From the NCBI RefSeq assembly GCF_009914755.1, contig NC_060938.1: DNA of 64,000 nucleotides; one strand, written 5' to 3'. The position numbers were made by a program, and so were the translations under genes. This DNA is from the human T2T-CHM13v2.0 reference genome, Homo sapiens. The notes below the pieces were generated by a model that was not told the DNA's origin, did not search any database, and saw only the letters and a list, made by a program, of their open reading frames with translations. The stretch's first letter is position 1. Every line of letters begins with the position of its first letter. This document shows, piece after piece, positions 33,062 to 44,270 of the stretch.

Positions 33062-34282
33062 CTATGGACAGAAAAGTGCAGAGGTGAGCTGGGGGTACCT
33101 TGGAGCTCTGCACTCTTGGGCCAAGTGTGATGGCAAGAAGGTAGGGGCCCCTCTGGGTTCCTTCCCACTTGCTGCACATGCTCTGCCCTGTCTCAGAGCA
33201 GCCTGAGTACCACTAAAAACTCACTGGACCCTGGGTAGGTTAGGTCCCACCCCTCTCTGGCCTCAGTTTTCCTCATTTGGAAAAGGATGGGAGGCTAGAA
33301 GCTTTTGGAGACCCTTGGCCTGCTGCATCCCAAAGATCTTCCAATCCTGCGGGTCTGCCTTCTACCCAGCCCCCAGGCCAACCCTGCTGGGCCCTGCACA
33401 GCCCGCCTTGGCTGGGTGCCAGAGCCCAGGGGGAGGTGATCAGCTGGTGGGAGCTGAGGGGCTGGAGCGGGTGGCGCCATGAGCTGGTGCAGCCGGTAAC
33501 GTTACACCTCTGGCCAGCCCTGCAGCAGGCAGGCGGGTGGCTGGGCTGCTCGGACTCCTCAGGGACTGCCCAGCCCACTCCTACTCTTGGGCTGGGGCTG
33601 GGGACTCCCAGGGCAGTGGGACAACGCAGTGGGAAGGCAGTTCATTGGCTTTGTCAGGATTTCACTGCCCAAGCTGGCTCCCAGCCAGACTCACCCGGCT
33701 CCTGGGAAAAGGGCCCTGCTCACTTCCCCAGGCCCTGCACTCAGGACCTCCGGCCACCCACCCAGGAGAAAAGGCACAGCGAGACCCCTTGTCTCGTCCC
33801 CAGCCCACCCAGGAGCCCACGGCTCAGTCCTGAGCCCTGGTGGGGGCAGGGCCAGCCTCCCCACCAACAGCTTCTTCAGCTGGCTCCTCCGCCACCCCCA
33901 CCAGGCCAGGTCAGAGGTCCTGGGGACGCCTGGTTGGCCATGGGGCCTCGACCCTGACCACAAGGCCAGGGACCCGCCTGGGATTAGTGGACAGATGCTT
34001 TTAGCAAAGCCACCAGGGCTCCAGGGGCCAGACAGGAAACCTCCCTCCCTCCCTCCCTCCCTGTGGCTTCCCTGCCCCCACCAAGACAGCCCCCAGGACC
34101 TGGGGGACAGCCAGCCTGAGGTCTCTTCCCAAACGAAAGAAGTCCAGCCTGGCCTTTAGGAAGTGTGTGGACATCCTTGGAGTTGCTGCTCCCTGGAGTG
34201 GGTCTGTGATTTCAGAGTCCCATGCTTCCAGTGCTGGGATGGGGAGGTCTGGGGAGCCAGGCTAGGTGGGGGTAGCTCTTAC

Positions 34283-34357
34283 CTGGGGGGGCACAGCAGG
34301 CAGCGCCAGCCCGGCCAGGAGCTGCAGGAAGCAAGGGAACAGCCTCATGACCGGCAT
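34283..34357 (-). CDS. PGF: PGF exon 1 coding part, signal peptide (MPVMRLFPCFLQLLAGLALPAVPPQ)
   Basis: ATG at 34357, 75 nt, donor CAG|GTAAGA. Confidence 0.97.
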
Positions 34358-34361
34358 CTTC

Positions 34362-34409
34362 TCAGACGTCCCGAGCCAGGGGGCTCCGAGGGAAAACCAC
34401 CATGCTCAT
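34362..34409 (-). other. Proximal uORF in the PGF 5' UTR (MSMVVFPRSPLARDV*)
   Basis: ATGs at 34409 and 34403 (agcATGg, strong context). Its TGA ends 4 nt before the PGF ATG. Confidence 0.85.
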
Positions 34410-34468
34410 CCCCCGGGGAGCCCCTGGCACAGGAGGAGAAGAGCTGAGTGGGGGGCTGGACGCCTCCC

Positions 34469-34507
34469 TCACTGCTGCCCCGAGGCCCCGGCCGGTGGTT
34501 CGAGCAT
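34469..34507 (-). other. Distal uORF in the PGF 5' UTR (MLEPPAGASGQQ*)
   Basis: agaagATGc context, 13 codons including TGA. Confidence 0.75.
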
Positions 34508-35080
34508 CTTCTGGAAGCCTTGCGGAGTCAGGAGCCCGTAGGTAAGGCTGTGGCTGGGGAACCCGACGGGGAGCGGCCCGGCGGGGCGGGGCGCCGAGGG
34601 GCAGGCGGGTCCCGGGGATGGTCCGTCGGGCGCCCAGTGCCACTCCAGGTCCTCCCGTAGCTGGGCGGCCGTCCGTCGATGCAGTTTCCTCCGCAGACAG
34701 CAGCTCCCTTCTGGGACTGCAGCCGGTCCGCGCCTGGGTTTCAGGGACTGAGCCGGGGCGGGGCTCCGGGCCGGCCCCGCCCACCGCAGACGAGGTTCCC
34801 GAGCCGAGTTCCCGGAGCGCCCGGTCAGCCCGCAGCGCCCGGCCAGCCCGCAGCGCCGGAGCCCGCAGTGCGTGCGAGGGGCTCTCGGCAGGTCCAGACG
34901 CCTCGCCGAGCCCAGCCCGCAGCTCCCCGGGCCGCGCCGCGCCCGCCCACAGGGCCCACAGCCCTGCTTCGGCTCTCAGGGCGGTCACCTGGGATGGGGG
35001 CATCCAGGAGTCCAGCGTCAGCCGTCAAGGCTCATGATCTAACCGCCTCTGCAGGAAGGGCCGTCCGGGATGCCTGGGAA
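34480..35080 (-). promoter_or_regulatory. PGF: PGF CpG island, promoter and 5' UTR with GC boxes and a triple AGCCCGCAG repeat
   Basis: Dense CpG, several GGGCGG boxes, repeat units at 34827-34835, 34845-34853 and 34860-34868. Confidence 0.85.
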
Positions 35081-35199
35081 GGCAGCCATGCCCACACCCC
35101 TAGGGGGCCAAGGGATTCCTAGCCAGGTTATATAGATGAAGAAACCGAGGCTCCGAGAGCACCCCTGCCTGCATATGTCGAATGGACATAGGCATTCTT

Positions 35200-36528
35200 G
35201 GAAAGTGTGTGTGTGTTGTGTGTGTGCGCGCATCTGTGTGTCCGAGGAACTGGCAGAGACAAAACCCAAGCCTACGTGACTCCAGAACTCTAACCCGACC
35301 TACCACCCTCCTAGCCAGGCACGGACACAGTGGGCCTCCCACAGGAAACCTCTCAGGGCACCTGGCTGGAGGATCAGGCCTGTTGCCTCCTTGGGAAGCA
35401 GTCTTCCCAGGCCCTCCCTGCGGGGCAGCCCCCTGTGGTAGAGAGTGGTCTCACTCAGGCATCTCCTCCTGGTCCCTGGCCGAGGAGGAACTGTACGCTG
35501 CGCGGGGGTCTGTGTGCATCTGCGCGTGTGCATGGGCATTTGCGGGTCTGTGAATATCCATGAGCGGTGCATCTGAGCCTCTGTGTGGTCTGAGTACGTG
35601 TGACTACTGTACCTCCAAATACGCCTCTGTGTGGGGGTCAGGTCTCTCTGTATCTCTGTATGCTTGTGTGATCTGTTCGTGTCCGCTGTGTATCTGGGTG
35701 TGTTTGGAAGTGTCTGAATGTGTATCTTTCGGTGGGACTGTGAGTCTGCACGCCTGCCTGTCTCTGCGTGTGTGTGTCTGTCTCTGTGGGTGAAGACTGT
35801 GCCTCTCTCTCTGCGTTTGTGTGTGCCCTCCCTTGGTTCTGGATCTTTCTTTACCACCACTCCTCTCACTGCCTTCTGTGTCCAGCTCCCAGGCTGCAGG
35901 AACCTGGCAGGACTGGGAGTCACGAGTTGGCTGGGCCTGGGGCTGGTGGGTGGCTGTGGGGGAGGAGCGAGGCCTGGGAAGTGGCCCCTACAGCTCACAT
36001 TCCAGCCAAGAGCAGGGAGGCCAGGGCAGCCCCAGCTCTCACCCCAGTGACCTCTGCGTCCACTGCCTGCCTGCCTGCCCACCCACGAGGGGCTGCCAGA
36101 GATGCAGCCTGCCTGCCTGGCCGGCCCTAAGCCTGGAGGTTCAGGAGGCGGGGGCCAGTCACCAGCTGGCTAAGCGGGGTCTGCAAGGAACATCCTGACG
36201 AGCTTCAAACAAGCTGGGGTTCGTGGGGTAGACAAACTGCTTCCTGGGCCCAGAATCATTGTGGAGGGTCACTGTGCATGTGTGTGAGGGTGAGTAGGTG
36301 TGTGTTTGTGCATATATGTATTGTATATGTTGCCCATAACATCTTTGTATACATACACGTGTTTGTGTGTGTCTTTAGTTTGGGTATGGATTTGTGTATG
36401 TGGGCACAGGTGTGTATTGTGCACAAGTGTGTGCGCGTGTGCTTAAGTATCTTCATTGTATATGCTTGTCTATAACTGAGTGTTTCTAGCACTTATGCAT
36501 GGGATGTGTCTATTGTGTATGAGTTTGT
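35200..36528. repeat. Degenerate (TG)n-rich blocks upstream of PGF (about 35205-35240, 35510-35825, 36270-36528)
   Basis: Direct reading. Confidence 0.8.
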
Positions 36529-36529
36529 A

Positions 36530-36829
<300 letters not shown>

Positions 36830-37232
36830 TGTATTCATTAATTTGTTTTTTCATTTGGCATGTATTGCCTGAGCCCTGCTATGCTCCAGGAACTGCTCTA
36901 GGTGCTAGGGATATGATATGGAGGGTCTCTCTGAGTTTACATTCATGGAGTAGGGGGATACCGATGGCTGGGGATGCCGAAGTTCTCTTTCCTGAGTGAA
37001 CTCAACACCTTGGGCGAAGTCTGTGGTTCCCACAAGTGCACCTCAGTCCTTCATCACTAAATTGGGGACCATACCCTTCTAAACCCAGCTTCCTGGGCTG
37101 TGAGATGAATTAGCCTAGGGTAGGCTCAGCGGCAGAGACCAAGGAGACTCTAACATTTCCATGGATTGAATCAAAGTTTGTTCTTGCTCACATCCAGTCC
37201 AGAGCAGCTGTGCTAGTAATTCTGCTCCCTTG

Positions 37233-37485
37233 TTTTTTTTTTAAATTTTTGTAATTTTAATTTTAATTTTTAGAAACGAGGTCTTGCTCTCTCTCCCAGG
37301 CTACAGTGCACTGGTGTAGCACTGGCTATAGCTCACTGCAGCCTCCAATTCCTGGGCTCAAGGGATCCTCCCGCCTCAGCCTCCAGAATAACTGGGTCTA
37401 CAGGTGTGTGCTACCATGCCCAGTTAATTTAAAAACTTTTTTTTTTGGGGGGTAAAGACAGGGTCTTGCCATCTTGCCCAGGCTG
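37233..37485 (-). mobile_element. Alu (J-type), truncated
   Basis: Right arm plus part of the left arm. Confidence 0.85.
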
Positions 37486-37719
37486 TGCTCCTTTGTACAC
37501 TGGCCCCACTATTGACCAGCCACATCGCCTCAAGCAGCTTCCTTTGCTTTCAGAGCCCCAGCTTCCTCCATCTGTAGGAGTGGGAATGATAACAGTACTT
37601 ACCTCATAGGGTTGTGCGAGGACTGAGAAAGCACCTTTGGTGCAAAGAATGGTAGCAATTGATCACGATTTCTAATTTAATTTTTGACTTGTATTAGAGA
37701 AATAAAAATACTACAGTTA

Positions 37720-38037
37720 GACCAGGTGCAGTGGCTCACGCCTGTAATCCCAACACTTTGGGAGGCCAAGAAGGACAGATCACCTGAGATTAGGAGTTCG
37801 AGACCCGCCTGGCAAACATGGTAAAACCCCGTCTCTACTTAAAATACAAAAATTAACTGGGCGTGGTGGGAGGCACCTGTAATCCTAGCTACTCGGGAGG
37901 CTGAGGCAGGAGAATCACTTGAACTCAGGAGGCAGAGGTTTCAGTGAGCCGAGATCGTGCCACTGCACTCCAGTCTGGACGACAGAGTAGAACTCCATCT
38001 CAAAAAAACAAACCAAAACAAACAAACAAAAAACAAA
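37720..38037 (+). mobile_element. Alu (S-type)
   Basis: Target-site duplication actacagtta. Confidence 0.93.
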
Positions 38038-40444
38038 CTACAGTTACAGAGCAGAGTCCTGTAGCATGGACATGAGATAGAAAATAAAGAATCTTATGCT
38101 TCTGCCTGTGGCAGTGGAGAAAGAAAATGGAGCGATTTGCATAGGTGCACACAAACACTAATTCTCACCATCACAGTGCAGGCTCTCAATCCTCAACTGT
38201 CACTGAGGCCCTTGAAGTAGACCCAGGTGCTTAGGGGGTGGCAGTCAGTGCCCACAACTCAACACTTAACTGTTTATCACCACAATCTCTTGCTGTTGTT
38301 TCAGGGAGAGAAGTAATATTTATTGAACATCTATTATATGCCAAACAGTGTGCTTGGTGCTCTAACCACCTTGACTCATTGAATTCTGATCACATTGTAG
38401 TGGTAGGTTTTAATTATTTCCATTTTGAAGATGGAAAGATGGAGGCCCAGGGAGTTTATGTAATTTTCCAATAGTCGTTTAGCTACTTAAAAAGGAACAG
38501 TGATGGGGATCAAGCCGAGATCTTTCTCCAAAGGTCTTTCCAGTGAACCTAAGCGCTAGCTCCCAACCTTACTGCAAGGACGTTGAAGGTGAGGGCTGAT
38601 GTCTTGAGCCGTTTCTGGGTCTTCCCCATGCTGGAGCAGAATGGATGCTTGACAGACTTGGGATGGTTGATGTGTGGAAGGAAGGAGCCCTGATTTCAGG
38701 AGCTGACTCTTATGCGGGGAGTCGGGCAGATACAGATAAACATGAGGGGTTGGGTGTGGAAACACTGGGCCATGACAATGCAGTGGACCCTGAGCAGTCA
38801 TGGCTTCCAGTCTGCAGGCCAGCCCCTGGCCCCCAAGGCATCCTGCAAACACAGTTTCCCATATTATTAGTCATCGTGTTAGCCTGAAACACCTGCCCCA
38901 ACCCATCCCAGCTTGTAGGCTTTCAGCTTCCTGACTCACTTCCCCATTTTCTAGCCATTTTCCCATTTTCTAGCCTCTTTGTTGTCTTGGCCCTATGAAC
39001 TTTTCCCCAGTGATGACTTGTCCTCTCTTAACGACAATTCAGCACCTGCCTCTGGAGAGGTGTCTCAAGTGGTCCTGGGTAAACACCCTCTGCTTCTGAC
39101 CTTGTTCCTGAGTCCCGGACTTGGGTGGCTGAGAAGTGTAGCATCCAAGGATTATCTTCCCCTTCATGACTGGTAGAAAGGGAAACAGTGGGCAGCTCTG
39201 GGCCAAGGGCCTTTTCACTTTATAGACTGAACCTGCATTATAGCCAGCAGCTACTCAAAGCTGCTAGCAAGCAGATGCTTGGTTGGCCTCTGCCTTCTTG
39301 CCCTGCCTCCTGGGCTGCGATTTCCTGTGGACCCACCCCAGCCTCCATCCTGAGCTCTTCTTCTCTTTATGCACTTGTTCTAGGCAGGATTCCATGGCTT
39401 CCCTGGCAACCAGCACTGGGTAAGACATCCCTGGTACAGGTTCCCACAGTACCTTGAATTCCCCTCCATCATGGCACCTGGCCTTCAGTATCACAATTGC
39501 CCAGTTGCTTATCTGTCTTGCCTAAAAGATGGTAAGATCTAAGAGGGCAGGTACTGTGTCTCTTGTTTACCCTTGTAGCCTCCACACCTTGCTCAGTGTC
39601 TGGGACATAGTAGGCCTTAATTGATATGTTTTGAGTTGGATCAATCCTCAGAGACTAGACCTTCCGCATGGGGAAAATGTCCCAAGTCTGGCCCTCCCTT
39701 ACTCACGTGCCCTTCAGCTGTTCAGAGGTGCCCCCTCCTAGACCCCATACTCAAGAACTTTCAACTTGGGTGGGCCCCTCTGATGGTGAGGGACGGAGAG
39801 TGTGGGGGAACCATCTCTTGTTACTGTGTAATCATGTGCTGGGTTGGTCACCACAGCCCCACCAGCCACCAGGGGACAAGGCTTATGTCTCAGGCCAGAG
39901 ACCAGAACCCAGTGGGAGGCCTGGGGTGGGGCCCTGTTGGAAGGGGGCCAGGAGAAGAGCCCATGGGTGTCCAAGTGTTTCCAGGAGTGGGAAAGAAGAT
40001 GGCATCTGCCACAAGAGCTGGGAACGAGGGAAGCCAGGCAAGGTGCCCACGGCCTTGTCCCAGGCTTCTGGGGCAATGTGTCATCACCAAAGGAATGGAA
40101 ACCTGTACTTTGGGAACTTGGCAGCCAGGGCTGGGTTTTTCGTGTTTTCTGTAATTATTTCCCTTTCGTTCTCCCTTAGTATTTAGTAAAGCCCTTTGTG
40201 AAAATGCCAGCTGGTCTCAGCTGTGCTAAGAGTGGTGACAAAGGGGGACTCTGTGCGTGCTTGGCCCTAAGCTTTAATGGAGGGACCTGGCTTAATGGTG
40301 GCAGCAAAGTCAAGGACCATCAAGGACATAGGGAGGCTCTGGGAGCCACAGCCCACACCTCATGTCCAGACAGCCTCCCGAACACTGAGTCTCCTCCCAG
40401 GCTCTTCCAGGACCCAGCTTCAATAACCTGGGCTTTATTGAAAC

Positions 40445-40703
40445 CTGGGGGGAATTTGAGACCAGTCTGGACAACATAGTGAGACCCCATCTGTATGAAA
40501 AAAAAATAGCCAGGCATGGTGGTGTGTTCTTGTGGTCCCAGCTACTCAAGAGACTGAGGCAGGAGGATTGCCTGAGCTCAGGAGGTTGAGGCTGCAGTGA
40601 GCTGTGATAACACAACAACACTGCTCTCCAGCCTGGGCGACAGAGCGAGATCCTGTCTCTGGAAAACAAAACAACAAAAAGGAAGAAGAAAGAAAAGAAG
40701 AAA
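40445..40703 (+). mobile_element. Alu (J-type), 5'-truncated
   Basis: tttgagaccagtctgg...cagagcgagatcctgtctc. Confidence 0.87.
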
Positions 40704-40832
40704 ACTGGAGGACTGGAGTGCCAGCCATGGCTGATTTGAGAGAGGGTGTTTATATCCCAGTGGTGTAGAAAGCTCTTCTGAAATCCAGAGGCCGGGCACC
40801 TGCTCTGTTCCAGGTACCCCAGAGGGTGACAA

Positions 40833-41142
40833 TCCCTCCCCAGCTGGGGATGGCTTGGTGAGCTGCTGTTCAGGAGCGAGTCCTCTGAGCTATCTTCATT
40901 TTCTGCTCTTACAACACAGGGCCCTTTCTAAGCCTTGGACCCCTACCTGTCTGTTGCCCACCAGGGGTGGACAATCAGCCAGTCCCTTCCCAGCTGGGGA
41001 TGGCTTGGTGAGCTGCTGTTCAGGAGCGAGGCCTCTGAGCTATCTTCATTTTCTGCTCTTACAACACAGGGCCCTTTCTAAGCCTTGGACCCCTACCTGT
41101 CTGTTGCCCACCAGGGGTGGACACTCAGCCAGTCCCTTCCCA
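40833..41142. repeat. Tandem duplication with an exact 150-bp period (2 copies)
   Basis: 40833-40982 versus 40983-41132, three mismatches. Confidence 0.97.
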
Positions 41143-43879
41143 CCTGCCTGGGACCCACCACATCCTTAGTTCCCGGGACTGTGCCCCTCTTCTCCTAAGC
41201 CCCTTTCCCATCCCCATTGCAGCTCTCAGCTGCTCTGGCGAGAGGGGCCCAGGGAGACCTTCTTCCTCAGGAACAATCACCCCTTTCTGTTGTGTAAGTG
41301 ATACACGAGGAGAGGAAGCTATTTGTAACTAATTGGCTGTGATGAGGAACGGAGGCTTTGGAGAAATGGAGAGCCTGCGATCGCTCGGGGCGGTCCCGCC
41401 TCGGGTTGACAGCTGGGTGGTTCTCCTCAGAGGGGGCAGTAGGTCACCACTTCCTCTGCCCCCACTCCACTGGGGAGGCCTGGGGGATGCTGGCAGGTGG
41501 TGGCTCCTGCCATTTGCACCTACTCTGTGCAGGCTCCCTGCTTAACACGCTCAATACTTGGAAATTTCTGAACCACCTTCAAGGGAAGTATTATTGTGCC
41601 CACATTTCAGCTGAGAAAATGGAGGTCAAGAGAGGTGAAGTCACTCATGCGAGGTCCTGGGTCCCGCAGCCCGCAAGTAACAGAAGCAAGAGAAATGGAC
41701 AAGGATCAGCTGAGGCTGACCTAGGAGACAGTGTCGGGGAGGGATTAAGATCCTGCTTCTTACTGGCCGTGTGACCTTGGGCAAGTCTTTGCAGCTTCCT
41801 AACCCATCTCAGGGGCGGGCTGTGTGGCTTAAATGAGGAAGAGGAAGCCAATCATGCAGCACAGTACGTTGTAAATGCTTAACAACTTCAGTGATCTTGA
41901 TTGTTTCGGGGAGAAAATACATTTCCTCCAAGCTCCTAGCAGACCACCCTGGTCACCTGTCAGGGAAGCCATCCCAGAACAGGAGAGTCTCTGGGTTATT
42001 TCTCGGCCCTCCAAGGGGAGGAGCCAACCTCCAAGACCCCCTTCTCCATAGAGAAGGATCTGGGGATAAGATGAGAGAGAAGAGGGTGCCCATGTCCATG
42101 GGGCCTGTTCTGTGTGCCAGGCACATAAGGAGACAGAGGTGATCCCAGTTCCTAGACAACCACAGATAATTATGAATCAGCCTCTGATGAACACAGCCAA
42201 GGTACAAAATGCTAAGGGAGCATAAACGGTGGGGAAGATGATGCTAGGCTGCGTGTGCGCGTGTGTATATAAAGGTGGGGAATCAAAATACATATTGGAT
42301 CTCCCTGGCCTGGGAATCCTGACCATCCCTTCCCTTAGGGAAGGCATCCGAGCCCTGCTAGAAGATTCTGTGAAAAGGGAGAGGAGATGGGCCCCGGGAC
42401 CAGGGCCTGAGGCTTCTTGGAGAAGGAGGTCTTAATGCCCCAGCATGTCTTCAAGGTGGCAGTGTGACTAAAGTCTTCTTCAGGGGACTTCCCCACCCCA
42501 AATGGGGAAAAAAAAAAAAGCAATGCCTGCTTTCTGGGTGGTAACTGAAGGACTTCCCTGAGCGACTGTGGGAGGGGCTTGGGGTCCCCCATGTCTCAGA
42601 GACAGAGGAAGCGGCCCCTCACCCTCTGCACACTGTGTCCAAAGGCTGCAGAGTCGGGAGGCAGCCAGTCTGGCCCCGAAGGCTGTCACTCGGCATCCCG
42701 GAGCTGGCACTGGGGTGAAGGTCTGGAGTCTCCGCTTGGCAGGAGATCCAGTGCTCATCCTGATCCGGGGAGCCTGGGGGATGGCAAGGGGCTAATGTGC
42801 TTGTTGGGAGTGACGCTGTCTCTGCTAGGGAGCAGGAGGTCAGTGGGGACAGTACGGACTAAACTCATAATTGGAGCAGCATGGATCTGGGTGAGGACAC
42901 TGGGAGAGCTGGATCTGTTCCATTTTACTGTCATCCCTTGGAGTGTTACAGCTTGGTCAGTTGTCCTCTGTGCTTCAGAGAGAGCGAGGCCAGGGTGGGT
43001 GATTCCACAGGACCAGAGCACCTGTGTGGCAGGCTCAGATTTCATCCCTGACAAAGAGCAGAGGCTCCTGGCAGGGGTGGCCTGAGCTAAGGAGGAAGGA
43101 GACAAGAAACTGAGTGTTCTATGAGTTCTTCCTGCATTCAACCCTGTACGGTGCCAGCTCTGGCTCAGTGCTGGGGACACCAAGACGGTGATGGCTCTCG
43201 AGCAGCTTCCAGTCCAGGAAGAACAGCTTAACATTGGCTTAATACCAAGTCTGTGCAAAAAAGAGCTTCCAGGGGCTCTGACGCAGACTTGTGGTTGCAG
43301 GCAGCTGAGCAGGTCTGCACGTTCAGGTGGCCTGTCCTCTCCAGCACATTCAGGCGTGTGGAAGACAGAGTGTTCGGGAGACTTCTGAGGAGGCCCACAG
43401 AGGGAGCAGGAAAGGGGTCAAGAAAGATGTGACCTGGAGAAAGTAATGCTTGTGTAGCATCTTACAGGACGGATTGAAGCTTATGAGGAATAGAAGGGCA
43501 GAAAGGGCATTATAGTCAAGGAGTGAAGCTGGACACAGTATGGGTTATTTGAGGAACATCTAGGAATCTGATGGGGCTAGACTGTGTGCAGGGGAGGGGA
43601 AGGGCTATGCCTGGAGGTGAGGCTGGCTGGGGTCAGGTTGTGAAGAGATTTGAAGACCAGACTGAGAGTTCACAGTTTATTCCAAGGGCTCTAGGGAGCC
43701 ATCGCCGGTTCTTGAGCAGGGGAGTGATATAGCCAGATGTGTGTTTTGGAGAAACAACTGAGGACAGGTGAAGGGTTTGTCCCAGAGGCAGGAAAACAAG
43801 ATCTGTGGTTACTGCAGAGCTGAGTGGCCTGAATCAAGACAGTGACCGTGGGAGGAGAGGGATGGGACCCAGTGTCATC

Positions 43880-44270
43880 CTGATAAAATAATTTGTTTCT
43901 CAGCCTTTTTTGGAGCTGGCTGTGGCCTTGGAACTACGTTTTGGCCAATCCCTGACCCCTTAGAATTTCTTAGGGTCTGGGTGTAAGTGAAAATGTTGGG
44001 CTTGACCTTTGGGAAGTATCTTTAAAGGAAGGAGCATGTTTCACTGCTTCCCTATCTGCCAGACATTGCCTGGAATTCAAACCTGATGGTAGGAGCTCTT
44101 GCAGTCATCCTGGGCCATGAGAATTATTTGCAAGGAAATTGGTACCCTGAAAACTGTGTGGAACTGCCATACCGGCCCTGACCTGCTTACATCCAGAATT
44201 ATTATTATGTGTTGGAGAAATAAGCTTCTATCTTGTTTAAACCACTATTATTTTGGAGTTTTCTATTAAA
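43880..44270 (+). mobile_element. MLT1 (MaLR) solo LTR
   Basis: gagaaataagcttctatcttgtttaaaccact 3' signature. Confidence 0.7.

Noticed and set aside
35300-36492. His/Thr-rich ORFs (also at 55171-55797)
   Set aside because: Translation of degenerate (CA)n low-complexity DNA.
40855-41169. 104-aa ORF with an internal 50-aa repeat
   Set aside because: A by-product of the 150-bp duplication; non-ATG start and no splice or promoter support.
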